NCBI GenBank assembly: GCA_964645535.1 | Contig: CAZYCQ010000012.1 | Span: 31,521 to 64,104 of the forward strand | Reading direction: 5' to 3' | DNA length: 32,584 nt | From: an uncultured archaeon | GTDB taxonomy: Archaea; Asgardarchaeota; Heimdallarchaeia; Heimdallarchaeales; Kariarchaeaceae | Part shown: positions 26,788 through 32,584 of the stretch, in pieces | Layout of the letters: the number at the start of each line of letters is the position of its first letter | Position numbering within the stretch: position 1 is the first letter of the stretch | Notes under the pieces: model-generated | Seen by the model: only the letters and a program-made list of their open reading frames with translations | Database searches by the model: none | Told to the model about the DNA's origin: nothing | Program-made: the position numbers and the translations under genes

Positions 26788-27104
26788 AGAAATTCAATGA
26801 CATGGAAGAAGATACAGGTCCAATCAAAAACAAACTAGGGGTCTTGACCTATAAGACAGATTCTGAAGAAAATGCACATATCGTGGTTGATGGATCAATT
26901 TGCGATACATGTCCCCATCATCTCTGCATTTCAGGATGTCCTGTTCGTTGTTTTAACTTCTTTGAGATCGATGGAAAACCCAAAATGGTTTTTCAGTATG
27001 AAGATTGTATCGAATGCGGGACTTGCGATATCATGTGCGATCAAGGTGCGGTTAAATGGTCCCTTCCTCGTGGTTCATTTGGAGTTGCATATGAAGAGGG
27101 TTAA
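26784..27104 (+). CDS. fixX: FixX-like ferredoxin
   Basis: CDTCPHHLCISGCP and YEDCIECGTCDIMC, plus the W..PRGSFGV.Y tail. GGAGG SD. Overlaps the fixC stop. Confidence 0.9.
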   Translation: MKKFNDMEEDTGPIKNKLGVLTYKTDSEENAHIVVDGSICDTCPHHLCISGCPVRCFNFFEIDGKPKMVFQYEDCIECGTCDIMCDQGAVKWSLPRGSFGVAYEEG

Positions 27105-27191
27105 TTGCTGAAATGTGAAAAGAGCATTCGATATTTTACACCTTAATAGTAATGGATTTATGACGGCAATTGAAGTTAAAACGAGGGCAAA

Positions 27192-28130
27192 TTGCGAAAG
27201 GTCGATCAAAAGTTTGATTTGCAGTATCTCTATCAAGTCATTCAAAAAAATGGCTTCAAGGAAATCATTTCAATTGAGTTAATAAAAAACGACTATTTTT
27301 CACTACTTTATCTGATTAATGATGAATTTATGATCGAGTTTTCAAAAACCCCTTCTGTTTCAACTGATTTCAAAACAATGGTTGGCCTTTACCGCTACTA
27401 TTCCAAATCCGTAAAGGTACCTCGAGTGCTAATATATGATCAATCCAAAAAAATTGTCCCTTTTGTGTATGCCATTTTCAGAAAACCTCCCGGAGTGTCG
27501 TTGTGCAGTATCTGGAATGGTCTGGATAATGAAACACGAACTATGGTTCTTCACCAGACTTTTGCAGAAATCAAAAAGATAAATCAGCATTCTCCCTCCT
27601 TTCTGAATAGACCGAACTATATTTACAATTATTCGAAACGAAAATCGAGTATCCATAAGCTAACTTCAAGATGCCTCAAGTCAAATCTCTCGCATGGAAC
27701 GAAAACAAAGATCAAGAATTATGTACGTGAATACCTTCCCCTGCTAAGAGAGGAGACCCTAGTTCCAACTTACGGTCTCTTCAAATTCGATTACGTATTT
27801 ATTGATCACAAAACGGTGACTGGTTTAACAGGATTTAACAATTTGATCATTACATCAAATGATTATCTTCTTGAATCACTGTTCAGAATGGCAAGTGATT
27901 TTCTTCAAGCGCCTTTTTCCCGATGCTATGCAGATCCTAAGGCAAAGTTGGGATTTGACCGCCTTTTGGAAATTGTTGAGGATGAGCTTCCAGAGATTTT
28001 TCAATATAGGGATTTCGAAAAAAGATTAGGACTTTATCTGCTTGAAAGATCAATGAAACATTATTTGAAATCCAATAATCATGGTTCAATAAGGCAGGAG
28101 ATTGAGGATATCCTAGAAATTTTCGGTTGA
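27192..28130 (+). CDS. Aminoglycoside-phosphotransferase/choline-kinase-like fold protein with degenerate catalytic motifs
   Basis: VKVPRVL.YD, Y.IFRKPPG..L...W..L and EIKKIN match the APH layout. LVPTYGLFKFDYVFI and VTGLTGF align to the HGD..N and IDF motifs but lack the Asp residues. Confidence 0.6.
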   Translation: MRKVDQKFDLQYLYQVIQKNGFKEIISIELIKNDYFSLLYLINDEFMIEFSKTPSVSTDFKTMVGLYRYYSKSVKVPRVLIYDQSKKIVPFVYAIFRKPPGVSLCSIWNGLDNETRTMVLHQTFAEIKKINQHSPSFLNRPNYIYNYSKRKSSIHKLTSRCLKSNLSHGTKTKIKNYVREYLPLLREETLVPTYGLFKFDYVFIDHKTVTGLTGFNNLIITSNDYLLESLFRMASDFLQAPFSRCYADPKAKLGFDRLLEIVEDELPEIFQYRDFEKRLGLYLLERSMKHYLKSNNHGSIRQEIEDILEIFG

Positions 28131-28149
28131 ACGATCTTATGAAACTAGG

Positions 28150-29730
28150 GTGAAAAATATGTCTTCCTTATCTCCCCACTCAAGTAAATACAAAATCTAC
28201 GGATTTGTTTTTTTTGGGATTTTTATCGCAGGTGTGATTACCATCAAAATTATTGAGAATTGGACATGGATTGATTCTATCTATTTTGTGATTGTAACGA
28301 TTTCTACTGTAGGGTATGGTGATATTACTCCTACAAGACTCATCTCTAAAATTGTTTCAATAATCCTAATTACAACTGGCATTTCGACTTTTGCTCTTCT
28401 ATCACAAGAAGTCCTTGATGCAATTGTCCAGAGGCGGATACGGAGATCCCTTCTTCCTAAGGAACCAATCGATGAAAAGGATCACATCATTCTTGCAGGT
28501 TATTCCTCAATTGGATCAAGAATTGCTGAAATTCTTAGAGACCGAGGATTCAATGTATTGGTTGTAGATAAAGATGAAGATAGGATAAATGAAGCCCTTT
28601 TTGCAGGTTTTTCGTCAGTCAATGCCGATATCAGCCAAATCAAGACACTTGAAATCCTTTCCATTACCAATGCTTTTGCCTTATTTCTTGCATTGAATAA
28701 CGATAACATCACCACAAAGACAACAATATTGGCAAAAAACCTAAACCCCAATATTAAGGTCTATGCAGAACTGGATAATCCGTCTTCCGAAAAAATTATG
28801 GCGCTAATTGATCTTGACAAAGGTGTCTCTCTTCCACATGTTTCCAGTATTGTCCTAAACCAGCAATTTTTCCATATTTCGATGCTCCAAATGCTAGAAC
28901 AATTTTCCGAAACACCCAATTCTGATTTGCTCTATTTGGCGGTTGAACCAAAATTTAATTACAATAACTTCGACAATTTCATTCTTGGAAAGGTCTCTAT
29001 TCGTACAGGGACATTTTATCCTAAAGATTCTCCCACCTTTGATATCGCTGCAAGATACGATTTTGTTGTCACTCCGGTTGATTTATTCGACCAGGATCAG
29101 ATATTGAGAGGAATCAACAATTGGGAAAGATATGACCAAGTTGTTTTTGGTGGATTCAATGAATTGTCTAGGCATATTTTGGAAGAATTGAAACTGGAAA
29201 ACAAACGCATTGTGATTTTTTGTGAGAATGAAGAGGAATTTCTCGAAGCTCGTGAGTATGGATCCATTAATGTAATTTGGGAAGCTGAAACAGCAATACA
29301 AACTATCCAAAATTATGTTCAACGACATGATTTCATCATAAGCAATTTTTCAGATGTCACCAATGATCTTTTGTTTGTATCAACTGTCAAAAAAATAAGC
29401 CCTAATTCCCATGTTGTCCAAATTGTCAAGTATGATGAAGAAACAGAAGTTTTCATCATTGCTGGAGTTGAAGCTGTCATTACGCCCCAAAGAACTATTT
29501 CATCATATCTCGTGAATCATTTCCTAAAAGATCTTGGTCTTCCACCTTCATTTGTCTTCGCCAATGGTCATCTTTTTGAAATTGATGGACACCAATTCAA
29601 CCGAAAAATTCGGAACCTGATCAAAAACCGAAAAGGAAAGATCTTATTGATTCTAAGGGATGGGAAGGAGATTCCAAAAACTTCCTCAATTGACCGCAAT
29701 GACAAGATAATCATTTTTCTTCCAGAATGA
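28150..29730 (+). CDS. 2-TM potassium channel with tandem RCK (TrkA-N) domains
   Basis: W.WIDSIYF and selectivity filter TISTVGYGDITP. RCK1 is HIILAGYSSIG...VVDKD; RCK2 is VVFGGFNELS...AGVEAVITP. Confidence 0.92.
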   Translation: MKNMSSLSPHSSKYKIYGFVFFGIFIAGVITIKIIENWTWIDSIYFVIVTISTVGYGDITPTRLISKIVSIILITTGISTFALLSQEVLDAIVQRRIRRSLLPKEPIDEKDHIILAGYSSIGSRIAEILRDRGFNVLVVDKDEDRINEALFAGFSSVNADISQIKTLEILSITNAFALFLALNNDNITTKTTILAKNLNPNIKVYAELDNPSSEKIMALIDLDKGVSLPHVSSIVLNQQFFHISMLQMLEQFSETPNSDLLYLAVEPKFNYNNFDNFILGKVSIRTGTFYPKDSPTFDIAARYDFVVTPVDLFDQDQILRGINNWERYDQVVFGGFNELSRHILEELKLENKRIVIFCENEEEFLEAREYGSINVIWEAETAIQTIQNYVQRHDFIISNFSDVTNDLLFVSTVKKISPNSHVVQIVKYDEETEVFIIAGVEAVITPQRTISSYLVNHFLKDLGLPPSFVFANGHLFEIDGHQFNRKIRNLIKNRKGKILLILRDGKEIPKTSSIDRNDKIIIFLPE

Positions 29731-29787
29731 CAATCTACCTTGTGTTCCTTGAAATGACTTAAGAGAGAATTCAATCATGGAAGCATA

Positions 29788-31245
29788 TTGACAAAAGAAA
29801 TCGATGCAGATCCAGATGATTGGGAAGAATTGAGGCAATCTCTGCACAAATCTGTTGACGATATGGTGAATTGGCTTAAATCGATCAGAGAACGCAAGCC
29901 ATGGCAACCTATCCCGGAACCTGTCAAAAATCATTTTACCTATGAATGGGGCGACAATGGTCGCAACCTAAACGATATTTACGATGAATTTATTGAATTT
30001 GTTCTTCCTTATCCTTCCGGAAATATTCATCCAAGATATTGGGGATGGGTAAATGGGACAGGAATCGCCCATGATCTTATTGTTGAACTGTTGATCGCTA
30101 CCATGAATTCAAATGTCGGTGGAAGAGAACACATTGCAAACTATGTTGAAAGACAAGTTCTGAATTGGTACAAATCCTTGTTCGGGTTCCCAGAAAACAG
30201 TTCTGGAGTATTGACGACTGGATGTTCTGTTGCAAATCTGATTGGGCTGACAGTGGCTAGAACTGCCAAACTGGGTGAAAAAATCCGTGAATTGGGACAA
30301 GCCAAAATGATTCAGCCGATATATTATGGATCAAACCAAGTCCATAGTTCTATTTACAAAGCCCTTGAAATCATAGGAGTTGGCAGAAATCACTTTAGGG
30401 CAATTAAGACGAACAAGGACTATTCAATTGATACTGCGGCACTTGAGGAACAACTTCAAATTGATTTGCAGCAAGGTTTAACGCCAATATGTTTGATTGG
30501 AAATGTGGGAACCGTGAACACAGGTGCAGTGGATGACATAGCTGAATTGGGAAGGATTGCGAAAAAGTACGGACTGTGGTTGCACCTTGATGCTGCCTTT
30601 GGTGCCGCCCTGAAACTCACTCGTCTGAATCATTTGGTGAAGCATCTGGATTTGGCAGATTCCATCGCCTTTGATTTGCACAAATGGTTCTATATTCAAT
30701 ATGAGATCGGTTGCATCTTGGTGAAGGATGAAAAATTCCATCGGAAGGCTCTTTCCTTAAGACCGGATTACCTTGCGGAACAGAAACGTGGAGCAGGTTC
30801 AGGTGGACGATGGTTTACCGAATATGGTCTTCAACTATCAAGGAACTTCAAGGCATTGAAACCTTGGTTTCTTTTGCAATTGATTGGAAAAAGGAAATAT
30901 AGTGAGCTATTGAACAAGAATTTGGATCAAGCTCAATATCTTACCTCTCTGATTGAACAATCCGACCATCTTCAACTGATGTCTCCAACAATTACAAATG
31001 TTGTATGTTTTCGATTTTATAAGCAAGGTCTCACTGAAAACTCATTGGAAGATCTTAATCAAGAAATACTTCATCTACTTCATGAAGAGGGAGTCGCAGT
31101 TCCATCTTCAACTCGATTGAAAGGAATCTTCACATTACGAGTTGCAATTGTCAATCATAGATCACGGAAAGATGATTTCAATCTCCTTGTCGATGAAGTG
31201 GAACGGATAGGGCTGAATCTTCTTGAAAAAGGATTATTTAGATGA
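29788..31245 (+). CDS. Group II PLP-dependent amino acid decarboxylase (aromatic-L-amino-acid/glutamate decarboxylase family)
   Basis: HPRYWGW, GVLTTGCSVANL, HSS, GTVNTGAVD, WLHLDAAFG, DSIAFDLHKW (PLP Lys) and QLSR.FKALK. Confidence 0.93.
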   Translation: MTKEIDADPDDWEELRQSLHKSVDDMVNWLKSIRERKPWQPIPEPVKNHFTYEWGDNGRNLNDIYDEFIEFVLPYPSGNIHPRYWGWVNGTGIAHDLIVELLIATMNSNVGGREHIANYVERQVLNWYKSLFGFPENSSGVLTTGCSVANLIGLTVARTAKLGEKIRELGQAKMIQPIYYGSNQVHSSIYKALEIIGVGRNHFRAIKTNKDYSIDTAALEEQLQIDLQQGLTPICLIGNVGTVNTGAVDDIAELGRIAKKYGLWLHLDAAFGAALKLTRLNHLVKHLDLADSIAFDLHKWFYIQYEIGCILVKDEKFHRKALSLRPDYLAEQKRGAGSGGRWFTEYGLQLSRNFKALKPWFLLQLIGKRKYSELLNKNLDQAQYLTSLIEQSDHLQLMSPTITNVVCFRFYKQGLTENSLEDLNQEILHLLHEEGVAVPSSTRLKGIFTLRVAIVNHRSRKDDFNLLVDEVERIGLNLLEKGLFR

Positions 31246-31555
31246 AAAGCTTGTCAATCCCTGAAAAAAGAACACCAAGAATGGCGATTTCATCATCAGA
31301 TATAAAATCATCCAGTTCTGCCATGGAAACAGTTTCATCTTCCAATTTTTCAAGTATCCTTGCGACTTTCTTTTGATCCTTATCCGCAAGCAATGTTTCC
31401 TTTTCCTTGATATAATCCAAGATTTGCGAGATTCCTTTTTCAGTAATGTCAATCAATATCTTTTCATCATTTGTGATTATTCCATCCCTCATTGCTGCCT
31501 TTTGGACCCTTTGAAGGATATATGTGAGCCTGTTCGTTAGCTCATCGGGTTGCAT
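31238..31555 (-). CDS. Small helical acidic protein with two D-x-x-I-[TS]-x-DE motifs (TerB/EF-hand-like)
   Basis: AAMRDGIITNDEKILI and AELDDFISDDEIAIL form an internal repeat. Convergent 8-nt overlap with the decarboxylase. Confidence 0.65.
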   Translation of the reverse strand: MQPDELTNRLTYILQRVQKAAMRDGIITNDEKILIDITEKGISQILDYIKEKETLLADKDQKKVARILEKLEDETVSMAELDDFISDDEIAILGVLFSGIDKLFI

Positions 31556-31654
31556 AATAAAATTGGGGTTTCTGACTTAATAGCTGTATTGTTTATTGTT
31601 TAGTACAAAAAAGAAGACCTGAGGAATATAATCAATGAAGATCAATTTCTATTT

Positions 31655-32509
31655 GTGCTCTTCGAATACTGGATTATGTTCCCAATCTCAATTCTAATAG
31701 CCACGATTGCCATGACGTTTGGAATTGGTGGGGCTGTATTTTTTGCACCGACGTTCATTCTTCTATTCCCGATGATGGGTCTCACACCTCTGAGTCCTGC
31801 TGATGCTTTTGGAGCAGCATTACTAACCGAACTTGCAGGTTTTTCATCAGGTCTTCATGCTTATCTCAAGAAGAAAACAATCGATTATGGAACCGCCAAA
31901 TTTTTTATTAAAGTGGGTGTTCCTCTTTCAATTTTAGGAACAATTTTTAAGCGATTGGTTCCTGATTGGTTTCTGATTGTAATTTTCGCGTTAATGATGT
32001 TTACATTGGCGATTTTCATCTGGAAATCCATGGATGAGGTTCATCTGAGTGAGAACTATCAATGCATATTCCACAAGAAAAAAATTGTGGGAGCCGATGG
32101 AATATCCCATCATGTTTGTGTAAACCATGACACAATTGCTGCTTTTAGTGTAATGGGAGGAAGCCTACTAACAGGCATGATCTCTGTGGGAATTGGAGAA
32201 ACAGTAGTCTCCAATTTGCGGGGAAGATTCAAAAATCCCCTCCCAGTGGTGGCTGGAACTTCAGTCATCATTGTGGTTGCTGTTGTTCTTGCTTCATCAG
32301 TTACTGATATACTTCTTGTAGGCATGGATTCTATACCTTGGACTTTGGTAATGTTTACTATTCCTGGCGTAATAATAGGAGGTCAAATTGGTGGTCGACT
32401 TTCAGGAGCTTTGAAGGCATCCACTGTAGAGAAATCAATAGTGGTTATCTTTCTGGTAATTGGAAGTTTAATGACCTTAACATCCTTGAGAAAGTTGGGG
32501 GTCATTTAA
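31655..32509 (+). CDS. Sulfite exporter TauE/SafE (TSUP) family membrane transporter
   Basis: GIGGAVFFAP, two-repeat multi-TM architecture, GMISVGIGE, AGTSV and PGVIIGGQIG. Confidence 0.9.
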   Translation: MLFEYWIMFPISILIATIAMTFGIGGAVFFAPTFILLFPMMGLTPLSPADAFGAALLTELAGFSSGLHAYLKKKTIDYGTAKFFIKVGVPLSILGTIFKRLVPDWFLIVIFALMMFTLAIFIWKSMDEVHLSENYQCIFHKKKIVGADGISHHVCVNHDTIAAFSVMGGSLLTGMISVGIGETVVSNLRGRFKNPLPVVAGTSVIIVVAVVLASSVTDILLVGMDSIPWTLVMFTIPGVIIGGQIGGRLSGALKASTVEKSIVVIFLVIGSLMTLTSLRKLGVI

Positions 32510-32584
32510 CCTGTAATTTAAAATCTCGATGCTTTGCTTTTAATCATGGATATTAGCTCTCCAAGCGCCCAACCATTTCTTGAC

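Noticed and set aside
1-32584. Numerous 60-170 aa antisense or alternate-frame ORFs (e.g. 5151-5654, 21087-21566, 3635-4039)
   Set aside because: They lie within or opposite well-supported genes, lack motifs and look like shadow ORFs.
1-32584. CRISPR array, tRNA/rRNA, IS/integrase, inteins (in LonB or Cdc6), selenocysteine or pyrrolysine readthrough
   Set aside because: No repeat-spacer periodicity, cloverleaf, transposase motif or intein insertion was seen. The recognised proteins appear complete at their stop codons.

Overview
Gene-dense archaeal chromosomal segment with about 27 plausible CDSs. I found no rRNA, tRNA, CRISPR array, transposase, integrase or intein. Archaeal markers are membrane-bound LonB, Cdc6/Orc1, Trm11, AsnRS-like asparagine synthetase, CDP-archaeol synthase, a COG1107 RecJ-like protein and the UPF0200/UPF0201 pair. 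These sit beside genes more typical of bacteria: PlsC acyltransferase, M61 peptidase, FixCX and a group II decarboxylase. This mix is compatible with an Asgard (Heimdallarchaeia-like) archaeon, but that is inference only. Most notable observations: (1) a GC-rich structured leader with repeated motifs at 3369-3534, in front of a tiny stand-alone TFB-type zinc-ribbon protein downstream of lonB; (2) an asnA operon with a GltB-like FMN enzyme that lacks the Fe-S cysteines; (3) two intact pseudoenzymes, a RecJ-like DHH protein and an APH-like kinase; (4) co-occurrence of CarS and PlsC; (5) a PH-like/OppC fusion in an orphan permease pair; (6) a class III signal-peptide protein coupled to a CBM9/DOMON-like surface protein. 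All family assignments come from motif recognition by eye, with no database searches.
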